Origin: Dimorphilus gyrociliatus
Lineage: Eukaryota > Animalia > Annelida
DNA: 64,000 nucleotides
Assembly (NCBI GenBank): GCA_904063045.1
Contig: CAJFCJ010000005.1
Span: forward strand, 544,685 to 608,684
Direction: 5' to 3'
The translations under genes and the position numbers were made by a program. Positions 51,458-62,919 of this stretch are shown here, piece by piece. The first letter of the stretch is position 1; the number at the start of each line of letters is the position of its first letter. The notes beneath the pieces are model-generated. The model saw only the letters and a program-made list of their open reading frames with translations, was not told where the DNA came from and searched no databases.

Positions 51458-51807
51458 GATCTCTGTCCGGCAATAAGTACCAAATTTTTTTTGGGTTGGG
51501 AGATAACAAAAGATTTTATTTTGCCATCACCTTTTAGTAGAAAGTTGACATGATCAGGATACTTAAGTAATAAGGCATATGCTCTTCATCCGCTTACCAG
51601 TTTTTGAACAAGTTAAAAATAGGCTAACACTCTCAGTCAGTCAGATGTTTTTATTTGTTCTTATTTTTCTTTTTTCCTCGAATTGAACTACAGAGATTCT
51701 AGATAGTCTAAAAAATTATTATAGAAGACGAGGGAAATTTTGAGAAAAAGAGCGATAAAAGGGAACAACGTGCCAAAAAAATTGGTACTTATTGCCGGAC
51801 AGAGATC

Positions 51808-51879
51808 TGCCGTGACCAGGATTCGAACCTGGGTTGTCTCGGCCACAACGAGAAGTACTAACCACTATACGATCACGGC
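51808..51879 (-). tRNA. trnH-GUG: tRNA-His(GTG), copy 3
   Basis: Inverted identical copy, tail-to-tail with copy 2. Confidence 0.97.
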
Positions 51880-52131
51880 TTACAAGTACACATTTCGATA
51901 AGGGCTCAAATTTAAATTACCGCTGATAGAACTTGATAAAATCGTTCTCTTGAACAGCGCTTAAAAAATGAAGTAAATTATTAATGATGCTCTTTGAGAA
52001 AGTGTTCTTATAGATTTTACAAATTTTCTATAGAAAACGTAATAAAGATATTTCAATGAAATAAAAACTTATTGTTACTTTCTTCTGGTCAGTTATCGAT
52101 GGTGACTGTCCACGTTTAAGTCTGCATATGA

Positions 52132-52237
52132 GGTAGCGTGGCCGAGCGGTCTAAGGCGCTGGTTTAAGGTCAATTATAAAAGTGATGTTAATACACCAGT
52201 CTCTTCGGAGGCGTGGGTTCGAATCCCACCGCTGCCA
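52132..52237 (+). tRNA. trnL-AAG: tRNA-Leu(AAG), copy 2, 24-nt intron
   Basis: Identical to 4724-4829 including the intron. Confidence 0.95.
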
Positions 52238-52366
52238 TATCATTTTTTTTACCATGCAAACACGTCAGACATACAACATGCAGAATCATCTTGTTATATA
52301 ATAAAAATAAAAGACATCTTAACAGTTGCATATAGCGAAAAAAGAAAAGACCTTTTGTAGATCAAA

Positions 52367-52440
52367 AGGCTCTGGAGGGATTCGAACCCTCGATCTCCTG
52401 TTTACTAGACAGGCGCTTTAACCAACTAAGCCACAGAGCC
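52367..52440 (-). tRNA. trnT-AGU: tRNA-Thr(AGT), copy 2
   Basis: Identical to 18077-18150. Confidence 0.97.
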
Positions 52441-53255
52441 GTTGCATTCGAAATATGCTTTCTACAGAAATTGATTCCGCAAATGGAAAAGAATTTCGTA
52501 TAGGACTAAAAACAGAAATAGACAATTACAAAGATGTTTTCCAGTTATTCTTAATACACTACTCTCTTTGTATTAATATCACCCTTTTGTTGCACGCACC
52601 AGAGAGAAAGGAAACCATCTAATATTGCTTTTATTCAAAACTCTCTGCTAAGTACGATTGCCCTGAATAACAACTAATTCAATGTTTTTGTTTATCTTCA
52701 TTGAATTAAGAAACAACGATCGAAAGATCTATAGGAAGAGGCAAATGATAGATGCAGAAGATAAAGTTAGAGGGAGAGAGATGAAATAGACGAATTTCTC
52801 TAATGATTGTTTAAATAGATGTAGGAGTAGAATAACGAATGGCTTTATTCTTATTTATAAAGAAAAAATCTTTTCCACTTTGATTAAAAGTAAAAGTCTA
52901 TTGACTATTAATATTTTCCAACCTCAGTAAGGATCTAGCGATGGAAATTTCATACTCCTTAAAGATTTGGAATTGATGTCATAGCAATAATTTCAAAACC
53001 CGCAATACGTTAATAATAAGGGAATGCCTATTCACATTTGTTATACTTGTGGTGTAGTATTATGATAAGTTTTACAGTACCATTCTTGTCTCGTATATAA
53101 AAGACAACCAATTAGGAAATGATAGAAGGTAAACAGCAAAGCATAACACCCTGAAATATAAAGGAATAATTAATAAGTTTTATTATCATTTGTCTCATAG
53201 ATTGAGACTTCGTGTATATAAGAATATATTTTGTCTCTCGAGCGTTTATTCTGCC

Positions 53256-54233
53256 ATGGAAAACACAACTGTTAAAGATTTACCTATCAATTTGAATTTT
53301 TATCTACCATTTCTTATTTTGATGTCGATATTATGCGTGATTGGAGTTGTTTCCAATGTACTTATACTCTTACTATATCCTTTCAAAGCATCAAATGGAG
53401 GTACCTTGTTTATAAAAATTCTGGCTATCATCGATCTACTTACCTGTGGTTTCGACATTCCTTTATCAGTCATCGTGGAACTTGGTCTAGTTACTAATAA
53501 CGCTATCTGTAAAATTACTACATTGTTTTATAATTATTTATTAACTGCTGCAGTGTTTACGTTTATTTTCATTGCAGTAGAAAGATGGTTATCAATTTGT
53601 AGACCTCATACGATACTATCTCAAAAGCATTTCCTATATATGATATTTACTATCAATCTGTGCGCAATCTTATCGGGTGCGTTAGCAAGTTTTTTGTTCA
53701 AAGTTGGACTTTTTCAGAGGTTAGATGGTAGACTTCTAAGCAATTGCCATTTAAGAAGAGACTCTTTCTGGACTATGATTTATGGATTATTTGCATTATT
53801 AACATTCTTTCTAGCTATGATTGTTATATATACTTTGTATATCCTAATTTTCAGGCTTATATTGAAGAGACGTAGAGCAGTTTATAAAAATAAGATTGGC
53901 TCAAATTTAAATGAACGAAATATAAGATTAAAGGATAGATTTAATGTTAGAAGTCAACTAAGGAATATAAGTATGCTCTTTGGAGTTACAACAATCTTCT
54001 TTCTTACTTGGATACCATTTCTGTTGACGAGTTTTAATATTGTTCCTAAACAACTCCTTATACACTATTCCTTCTTTATTAATAATGCAACCAACTTTTT
54101 TGTATATATTATATTTCAAAAGTCTTTCAGATCAAATTTTAACTCAAGCTTTCAAAAGTTTTGCAAACATCGGAAAAGAACATCAAGATCCACAATTCAG
54201 GCAATAAATATAGCTACGCCATCTGCACTATAA
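53256..54233 (+). CDS. Intronless class A (rhodopsin-like) orphan GPCR A
   Basis: ATG at 53256 (MENTT, N-glycosylation sequon). Seven hydrophobic segments, TM1 GVVSN, TM2 LAIIDLL, TM3 C...AVERW, TM6 FFLTWIP, TM7 NNATNFFVY. Confidence 0.88.
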   Translation: MENTTVKDLPINLNFYLPFLILMSILCVIGVVSNVLILLLYPFKASNGGTLFIKILAIIDLLTCGFDIPLSVIVELGLVTNNAICKITTLFYNYLLTAAVFTFIFIAVERWLSICRPHTILSQKHFLYMIFTINLCAILSGALASFLFKVGLFQRLDGRLLSNCHLRRDSFWTMIYGLFALLTFFLAMIVIYTLYILIFRLILKRRRAVYKNKIGSNLNERNIRLKDRFNVRSQLRNISMLFGVTTIFFLTWIPFLLTSFNIVPKQLLIHYSFFINNATNFFVYIIFQKSFRSNFNSSFQKFCKHRKRTSRSTIQAINIATPSAL

Positions 54234-54777
54234 AATCTTGATTTATCACAAATATTACACTAGAACTTGATACATTCGTTTAATAGTATATAATATCGAG
54301 TCTTTAATAAAAAAACTAAACCATTATAGTTCAAATATTAGTGTACCCTTGATACTATTAAGATATTTGATCATTTTTACGTCGACTATCAAATTCCATG
54401 TAAAAGGTTTGTAATAGCATCTAACATCATATAAGGAAAGATAGGTACTATTTTAGGAGCAGAGTAGGATGAAAAAATCATCATATCCGCGTTTGGTATT
54501 AATCATACTCATCTCAATCCGGCATATGTACAGTATACAGTACGATTTTACAAAAGACTGCGAAATCTCTTTTCTTCTTTTCTGCGATTTACATACACAA
54601 GATTACGATTATCCATATTAAATTCTATTAGTTTAATAGCCAAAAGTGAATTATCACTTATTTCTTTCCCTATTTGCCTATTATGCAAAATACTAACAAG
54701 AAAAGCAGTTTGATTATATCACGTGACCTGTTTCTTACTCTTTTTTTTTCTTAATGTTATTTTTTCATTTGGCTGCG

Positions 54778-55725
54778 ATGAACAACCTAACACTTTTCGT
54801 TGAGGATATAAAGTTGAATTTTTTTACGCCATTTTTCATTTTTATGTCAATTATTATGATTGTTGGTATACCTTCAAATCTTCTCATCTTATTCTTTTAT
54901 CCATTCAAAAAAACCTTTAAGCCTAGTGATATTTTTATAAAAAGTATGGCTATCGTTGACATTCTATCATGTGCACTTTGCGCTCCATATGGAATTGTTC
55001 TGGAAATGGGTTTTATTAAAAATTTCGTCATTTGTAAGACGACAATGTTTTTCTATTCTTATATTTTGGTCTTTTCCTCATTTACCTTTGTATTCGTTGC
55101 TATCGAAAGATGGTTTTGCATATGTAAACCCTATAAAAAATTGGAAATGAAACATATAAAGATTATGTTTGTCATGATTACTTCGTTTGGTTTCTTGGCA
55201 GCAACATTTAATGCCTTAATCTACGGAATTAGAATTTCAAGCAGATACGATGGTCGAGTAATAAATAATTGCTTTCCAATACGTGGGATAATATTCGAAA
55301 TTCACAAATACATTCTTTGTTTGCTCTACGTAGGAGTAGTGGTTGTGTTATATACACTCTATGGTCAAATTTATAAAGTTATCTTTCAAAGAAGTTTGAG
55401 GTTAAGAAAGAATAGAATCAGCGACGGAGGAAACAATTCGAACGAGCGTAGAAATTTTGGTAGGAATGTTAGAACAGTAACAATGCTATTCGGTGTTACA
55501 ACAGTATTCGTATTGAGTTGGTTTTCGCTTTCTTTCGCTTTGGTTGGCATTTTACCATCAAACATAATTCTATACTATACTTTTCTCATTAATAATTCTT
55601 CGAATTGTTTTATATATATTCTCTTCCAAAGAGTTTTTCGGAGAAAGTTATCCGCTTTCTTTTTCTGCAAATATCAAAATATCAAAAATTTACAGTCGAC
55701 TACAATGAAAAATGTTCAAAGCTAA
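54778..55725 (+). CDS. Intronless class A orphan GPCR B, tandem paralog of A (alternative ATG at 54754)
   Basis: MNNLT start, TM1 GIPSN, TM2 MAIVDIL, TM3 C...AIERW, TM6 FVLSW, TM7 NNSSNCFIY. Shared ECL2 DGR(L/V)..NC. Confidence 0.88.
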   Translation: MNNLTLFVEDIKLNFFTPFFIFMSIIMIVGIPSNLLILFFYPFKKTFKPSDIFIKSMAIVDILSCALCAPYGIVLEMGFIKNFVICKTTMFFYSYILVFSSFTFVFVAIERWFCICKPYKKLEMKHIKIMFVMITSFGFLAATFNALIYGIRISSRYDGRVINNCFPIRGIIFEIHKYILCLLYVGVVVVLYTLYGQIYKVIFQRSLRLRKNRISDGGNNSNERRNFGRNVRTVTMLFGVTTVFVLSWFSLSFALVGILPSNIILYYTFLINNSSNCFIYILFQRVFRRKLSAFFFCKYQNIKNLQSTTMKNVQS

Positions 55726-55927
55726 AGAGAAATTTCCAATTGCTGTCTTTTTATTACGTGTTGACTTATTCAAGTTATTCCTCTCTTCCTCGCACCGTCA
55801 ACTATATAACTTCATTTTATAAAAAGTCTTGTGAATGTTATAAAAGTGGTAAGCTGTTTAAATATAACTTGTTCAAATACTTTCAATAGAATTAAATGCT
55901 TTGAGAGAATAGTTCAAAAAATATATA

Positions 55928-56018
55928 CATCTCCGGTGGGACTCGAACCCACAGCCTCCGAATTACCTCGTTCTAGCCTACTAGAAGTCCGACGCGCTAT
56001 CCATTGCGCCACGGAGAC
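55928..56018 (-). tRNA. trnR-UCU: tRNA-Arg(TCT), copy 4, 18-nt intron (ends GAGGTA)
   Basis: Same body; one intron substitution at the last base. Confidence 0.93.
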
Positions 56019-56272
56019 GTCTTGAATGATAATTTCATCGTTTCTTACATAATTTCATATCGAATTGACAATATATAACATAACTGCCAATTCGATAGTG
56101 TTATCGTAATCCTTTAATACCAAAGATGAATAAACAATTGATTTAGAGCAACTTTGTTAAAAGTTAAAGATATCAACCTTTGCTTTATCAAAGAATAAAA
56201 ATATTGATTAGAAAATAACTCCTTTTTGAACGAGCTACTGTTTTTTTTTAATTCAAAATCAAGTACTTGTAA

Positions 56273-56344
56273 GCCGTGATCGTATAGTGGTTAGTACTTC
56301 TCGTTGTGGCCGAGACAACCCAGGTTCGAATCCTGGTCACGGCA
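56273..56344 (+). tRNA. trnH-GUG: tRNA-His(GTG), copy 4
   Basis: Identical body, leader and trailer. Confidence 0.97.
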
Positions 56345-56587
56345 GATCTCTGTCCGGCAATAAGTACCAATTTTTTTCATTTTTTGCCCATTTCCTAATG
56401 ATTGTATGAGATCCAGACGAAATGGAATTACCTCCATTAAATAGATTAAGCGACTGTTGATAAGACTTTGACCCTTGTTGAAAGATTCTGTTATTTATAG
56501 TATAACTAGTTGTGTATAAGACGAAACACGCAAAAATCAGTTTTCAATGAATTTCAGGTAAATCTGGCTAAAAAAAATATATATATA

Positions 56588-56678
56588 CATCTCCGGTGGG
56601 ACTCGAACCCACAGCCTCCGAATAACCTCGTTCTAGCCTACTAGAAGTCCGACGCGCTATCCATTGCGCCACGGAGAC
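56588..56678 (-). tRNA. trnR-UCU: tRNA-Arg(TCT), copy 5, 18-nt intron
   Basis: Identical to copy 2. Confidence 0.93.
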
Positions 56679-57234
56679 GACATAACTACTGTTTAATTAT
56701 TTAATAGTATATTCTATAAATTAATTGTACCATTAATTTTCAAAGTGTGAATGAACAGCTTCAAATTTGCATACGCCATATTTGTCTTCTCTTTTTTGTA
56801 CAAGAAACAAATTTCCAGTACATTGCACTTGTAACGCTGTTTTGCAGCTATTTAAAGCTATCTGAAACAGTTTTCCATTATAGACCCGTCATCACATCCA
56901 TTATACGTATTTCAATACTAATTTGATATTAAGTCAAAACTGCATTGTACACGTATATAAAACACATCCGTTACAAGGTAATAGAAAACTCGACGGCTAT
57001 TCTATAAAAGAAACAGAGATCAAGTAGAAAGATTACGTAACTTTCTTAATAATACACGAAATATAAGGATTGAGCGAAGAAGTAGATTTTAAATTTCTCT
57101 TGCTGTTTATAGATTGTAATTATGATCCGAACGAAATTTGTAAGTTTCCTATTAATTCTACAATTATTTGCTTTTTATTCGTGAGCTTTATTTCTCCAAG
57201 GTGAACAATTATATTTAATATAAACAAGAAACAA

Positions 57235-57660
57235 TTATGTGGTACAGTTACCCTCCTTCTCCTCTTCTCCGTCTTCGTGTTTTCCTACTAGAGCTTTTAT
57301 TAATTCCGATTTCTTTTGGGCAACGAGCAAATTAAGTCTGTGTCTCGCCAAGATCCTCTTCACTGTTGAGACAGATAGCGTTTGATCTATTGTAGAATTT
57401 AATAGAACTTCCCTCGCCGTCCATTTTGGGTGTTTCTGACAGGTTGATATTAATCTAGTTCTTGTCTCTTCGCTCACTTTACATCTTCTACCCGACCTTG
57501 GTAAATCTTTTATCAGTTTATGTTCAGCAAATTTTCTTTTAATACTTTGAACAGTAGTAGGACTACAACCAATTTTTTTCGCCACTTTCCTAACACTCAT
57601 ACTAGGTTGTTGAAGTAATGATAATATTTCTATTCGAGATTTTTCCGGTAAACGGGACAT
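57235..57660 (-). mobile_element. Tc1/mariner transposase-derived ORF, bipartite HTH DNA-binding region only (truncated element or domesticated gene)
   Basis: MSRLPEKSRIEILSLL...SVRKVAKKIGCSPTTVQSIKRKF...DLPRSGRRCKVS (GRPR-like linker)...WTAREVL...LSVSTVKRIL. No DDE domain follows. No TIR pair found by eye. Confidence 0.8.
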
Positions 57661-58108
57661 TTCCAGAGAATTTTTATCGAGCAAAACACATTTTTTCCAG
57701 AACATACATAACCTTAGTGTAGCTTACAAGTTCTGTAGGCCAACCTGAGTAGTGTCCGCCCATGAGTACTTGTTACATTTTTTGTCTTTCGAATAAAACC
57801 GTTTGTTAATGCAGAATTTATGGTTTGTTTTACATCAAAGTTACCTCAATACCGCAAATTATTTATTAGTTTCGATTTTCGTGTTTTGAACAATTGATTT
57901 TGCGACTGAAGTATGCGCTAAAGACTTTATTATTGAAGGATCTCTATTGAACGATTGCTTTTATTCACTTTATTAAGAATACAAACAATTACATAACTAG
58001 TCGGAAGACATGGGGAAAAAGTTAACAGAAAATAGGCTAAATGATAAGAAAATTGTTCATATTTAATTAACCATTGTTTGTAGCAATTAAAACTTCAAGT
58101 ACTTGTAA

Positions 58109-58180
58109 GCCGTGATCGTATAGTGGTTAGTACTTCTCGTTGTGGCCGAGACAACCCAGGTTCGAATCCTGGTCACGGCA
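58109..58180 (+). tRNA. trnH-GUG: tRNA-His(GTG), copy 5
   Basis: Identical body, leader and 23-nt trailer, then TATTTTTT. Confidence 0.97.
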
Positions 58181-59563
58181 GATCTCTGTCCGGCAATAAG
58201 TACTATTTTTTTTTCATCATTTCTTAATTAAATAGCAGATATTGAAGATTTTCGAATAATTTAAAAGTCTATCTTACATTACTACTTTTTAAATGTCTAT
58301 AAATAGATTGCATCAATTGTCCTAGTCAGTGAAGAGTTTGTTATGAAATTGATGTCTATTGGTTTATTCTTTATTATGTTTTTTTAATTTCCGTCTTTTT
58401 CATCGTCACCGATAATGTAACGACTGCATTCTATGACAAGACTTTGACTCTTTGCAAAGGTACTCTTCTGTCTCTTTCAAACCGCTTTTCAAAGTTTGTC
58501 TCTTCTATAGCATGTCAAGAACAATATGGTCAAAAAATTTCTTCTCGTGTCGCACTGATCTTGAAGTGCTCGAGTTGTGTTTAGTTTACTGTCTATTGAA
58601 CGTCTTCCTTTTGAAAGTCTTCGCCATACTTTCTCCGCTGCCATCCATACAATTATTTTCCACAATTGCAAACAGTTTTAATGTATAAACTTATAGAAAC
58701 AATCATTGATTTGAACATTAAACAAAAACTGATAAATATTTCATCATTTTACATTCAAGCGGTTTGAAAAATATCGAGTATTCAATTCCTGTCGAAACAT
58801 TAGTTTTTATTATTTTGGCAAATGATTAAAAGACTTAGTGCACTCAAAATTCTTTTACTTTATCTATAAAACTCTGCAAAATCAGAAAAATATTTTACTT
58901 TTTGCGATTGTTTGCAATTGAAACAATGTAAACTTATTTACTTGGTGATTGGTTAGAACATATTTGATAAATTATAAATATTTATAGAGCGACAGATCGA
59001 TCCTTACGGAGAACAGGTGAACCAACCCTGGTAAAGTATTATAGCTCGACTCATTTCATTAACAACTCTATTTTTATTCTTATTTTTTATTGACAGTTGA
59101 AGAGTCCCAGTTCCAGCTAACTGATATCGTAAAAAAGTGTTCTACATGAGGCTCAAGGTTGAATTATTGTATGTGCAAATCGATGCAGTTTTATTGACAA
59201 CTCAAAGGAAACCTGTAGGATTGATTCGCAAACGGGAAAATCACAAATGTTTTCGATATTTGTGTCTAGAGAAGGGGAAAATATCAAAATATCATTTCAA
59301 TTGTAAAGAAACAGGAAAGTATTTGACTGTTTTAATCAAATAAGATAAAGAGAATAGTAAATTTTCGTAGTATGAATATTCAAAATACATGTAGTAATAA
59401 ATTTCAAAATGTAATTTTTATTAGATGTTCAGACCAAAGAAACTTTGTCCCGCAAAGTTTTGCTTGAAAACATAGGATAATAAAATAGAAAATGTAACAA
59501 TTGAACATTAAATTCTAGTAATAGAGGCAATTCATAAAGCTTACAAAGGATAAAGTTTACATA

Positions 59564-60878
59564 TTAACATATATTTTCAAATTTGAAATACGTCTTATAC
59601 AATATTAAAACATTTGTATGCTTTGTATGAAAGTCAATTAAAGAATTTTCAATGTTTAAAATACAGCTTGCTTCACCTACAGCTGCTGAATTACAATTTG
59701 CAGCTTGTTCGCATTCGTCTATACACCTCTTTATTGAAGCCACTCTTATTTGGTAATCATTCTGAATTTTTTGCGGTGGTATAGGCGTCCATTTAAACTC
59801 TGTCTCAGCTATAGCTTCACCAATGATGTAAAGATCAGTGGATTGAAATGTCATGATTGATTCAAGAAAAATGAACTTTCCAGAATTTTTCTCAGAACAG
59901 GTAAATTCAACAATAATTTGTTTATTGCTGTTTGACGTGGGAATAGACATTTTGCATAAATTTTTTGACTGCTTATCATCTGGTCTTGTAGAAATATGAA
60001 CAAAAATTTCTTGTAATGGTTCTGAATTTGATATTAAAACAACTGCATTAATGACTGAGAAAACTTTTGTTTCAAGCATTAGAGTTGAATGGCTTTCACT
60101 TAGTGAAAAACTGAGTTTCAGTTTTGAAGCAAAAGCATAGTCTGTTGTACTGGTTTTTAAGTAAACTGAAAGAAAAACAAGAAAATAGTTACTGCAGAGA
60201 TGAAAACTTGGGAAAACTTACTGATGGGTACTAAAGATCCTTTTAGAACGGTTGATTGAAAGAAGTAAACTCGGGAACCTGTGGAAGAAGCCGTAATAGT
60301 GTCTCCCACTTGTGAAGCTGTCCCTGATGAAGTATACCTATTCGGAAAGTTAAAGTTTGATGTATACGACGAGTCCGATTCCAATTTAGCAATACATTTG
60401 TCGTCTGAAGGCCCCGGGCGAATGCCCATATATAAATCTTGATCAACTTGCAACGGATAGTCTAAGGTATAGTGAGTAACTGTATCGAATGGTCCAGGAG
60501 GTAATTTACTTTTCGTAATCAGTTCAAATTTATTGGATGGGGTAAACAACCAGAAATCTATTCAACAATTTATTTCCTTTAGATATTTAAACACTAAAAT
60601 GTTTATATTTAATACACCAAACCTAAGAAGCAAACGTCACTGTTTTTTCTCAAATAAGTCCATTGTATGAGAAATCCCCTTTCTTGCACTTGATAGTTTA
60701 CGTCTTTGAAAATGGACGTCTGTCCACCTCCTTCGTAAGTATCATCTTCGGGAACAGCCCAAAATAAACTATTCGGATAAAAAGATACTACTGATGCATA
60801 CGATCTTCTCCAACAAACAACTGAGAAAAGGAAACATTGTTTTAATAAAAAAAATACCAAACTATAGCCGAGATTCAT
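59564..60878 (-). CDS. Unrecognised secreted family member 3, multi-exon
   Basis: ORF 60609-60878 (signal peptide, ERGFLIQWTYLRKNSDVCFLG), ORF 60157-60549 (YPLQVDQDLYMGIRP), ORF 59564-60079 (FTCSEKNSGKFIFL, CIDECEQAANC). Confidence 0.75.
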
Positions 60879-61596
60879 GATTTACCTGAACAATAATACA
60901 AGATTTGTATAATATAAACAAATATCATCATTAAATTCCTCTAAAGGAAAAATATACTTGTATTTATCTTGTGCGAAACGCTCAGGAACTAAGATTACTT
61001 TTGTCGTTAAAAAAAGGGCGATTGTCTAGGGATAGAAGATTTTTGAACAAAGGATGTATTGAATATTTATCGAATAATCATAATCATTTAGTCCTATAGT
61101 TTTAATGTTTTGTTTTATAGATTTATCGCTTATAATTTAGTATTACAATTTGCTAATTGAAAATATTAATATATTAGTTGAAATGAACGTAAAAGCATAA
61201 ATCAGTGAGTTTTATTACCTAGAAGAGGAAGAATAGTTGATTTATCTAATAATTAAAAGATTTTTTCCTCTGTTTTACAATTACGGATAATGTATAGTTT
61301 ACGAGTGCCATCTAACAATGTATAGTGGAATTAGATGAGAAATAACGCTTATATCTTTAATATAATTATATCACTCCATTACCTATTGATCCTATCACAA
61401 AGCTATTTAGATTTCAAAGAAGTAAATTATTTCAATATATTAAAGAAATTTATCAATTAAGATAAAGTAGATTATTTACTCTTTTCTGTTTTTTTGGTAA
61501 TTAATAATTTAACAAGTTTATCAAAAAGATTTTCATCTTTAATTATAAAGACAACGGATTCAGTTTTTTTGATTTCTTTAAAATTTTAACGAATAA

Positions 61597-62919
61597 ATGA
61601 AGAAAGACAATTATCTTCTCTTCATCTTTTGCCAAGGTGGAGAGACGTAGTTTTGATAAGAAATTTTTAATTGATTTTCTTATTTTTCAGCATTTTTGGC
61701 CTGGGTAGAATGCTTTATTAGATCATATCCTACAAATATCAACTGGGATTATACACCAGCAATTTCAGCTAGCAGTGTAGGGCATTTCAATATTTTTACT
61801 GATACACAACGCGTGATAGAAACTGATGGATATATAATCGGTTGGAATTATGTTAGAAGAACTAGTGATGCTTGTTACTTAGGTATTATAGTTTAACACG
61901 GAGAAATATTGTGATTCTACTAAATTTTTGTTAGGTATCTGGCGTAGAATTGGTCACTCAGATCAATTCAAGTGCGTTAACTTGATAGAATTACCCGAAA
62001 GTCAGCCATTATTACTGTCAAAACTTCGATATAAAAATCCAATTAGAGTACAGAGAAATGATTACTTTGGATTTCAAACTCTAAATGCATCTGATGACAT
62101 CGATTGTATAAAATTTGTTGAAAATAAAATTTTTAAAGATATTACTTATTCGACTATAAGAAGGACAGTGAAATATTTAACATCCGTTTCGGCGGACGAT
62201 GAATTATCATTCGAAAGTTCTGCGGACAATTACGATGGTCAGTTTCTTTTACAAGCTGTAATCTTGGAAGTCAACTTGGTAGAAATAGGTAGAATAAGTT
62301 TTAATCACTGATATTCATTCTCTTTAATACTATTAATTTCACAGCTTTCGGTATTCTGAACTATAAAATTGGAGTCAGAAATAATAATAATTTAAAATTT
62401 CGATTAAATAATTATTATTCGTTCAATACTGCTATGTTCGAATTGAAAACTTGTTCAACTATTCAAGGATTTATGATTGTTACCTCCGAAAATATTTCTA
62501 GCAGTGAATTGAATCTATGGGTTAGGCAAGATGCTCTTGCTAGATTCAACAAGTTAAAATGCGATCAAACTACTCTATTTCATATTTATCACGATGATTA
62601 TGAATATTATTTCCTTTTTATGATTTGCCGACTTGAATTGTTTGGAAAGTACATATTCCTTGATTCAATTTCGAATATAACTTTTATAGAATTCTATGTG
62701 ATTGGACATTCGCAAGATAATTTTCAATTCATCCATATTGGAGAATCTAACAATGATGTTGAGGGTAGATTACATTGTTCCAAAGGTAAATATTGCTTTG
62801 AAAATTGTTTAACAAACGAGAATTGTAAGGCAGTGTCAATGTCTAAATATCTGTCGAAGTCATTCAATCGAAATGAAACATTCTATAAAACTTGTTTAAA
62901 GATAAAGAGTTCTTGTTGA
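61597..62919 (+). CDS. Unrecognised secreted family member 4, multi-exon, head-to-head with member 3
   Basis: Exon 1 MKKDNYLLFIFCQ spliced to AFLAWVEC...TDGYIIGWNYVRRTSDACYLG, then ORF 61928-62311 (IWRRIG, NPIRVQRNDYFG) and ORF 62434-62919 (CRLELFGKYIFL, CFENCLTNENC). Confidence 0.75.

Noticed and set aside
57243-57248. TACAGT as a Tc1 left terminal repeat
   Set aside because: It lies inside the ORF's last codons and no inverted partner was found on the other side.
4021-58204. Repeated identical ~105-bp units as CRISPR array or SINE
   Set aside because: Units are dispersed full-length tRNA genes with intact cloverleaves and T terminators; no spacers, cas genes, tails or target-site duplications.
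58440-59180. GC-richer exon-like stretches with GT/AG signals (58489-58671 ORF; 58990-59180)
   Set aside because: No reading frame survives the apparent splice junctions and no family was recognised; could be UTR or non-coding transcript, unresolved without RNA data.
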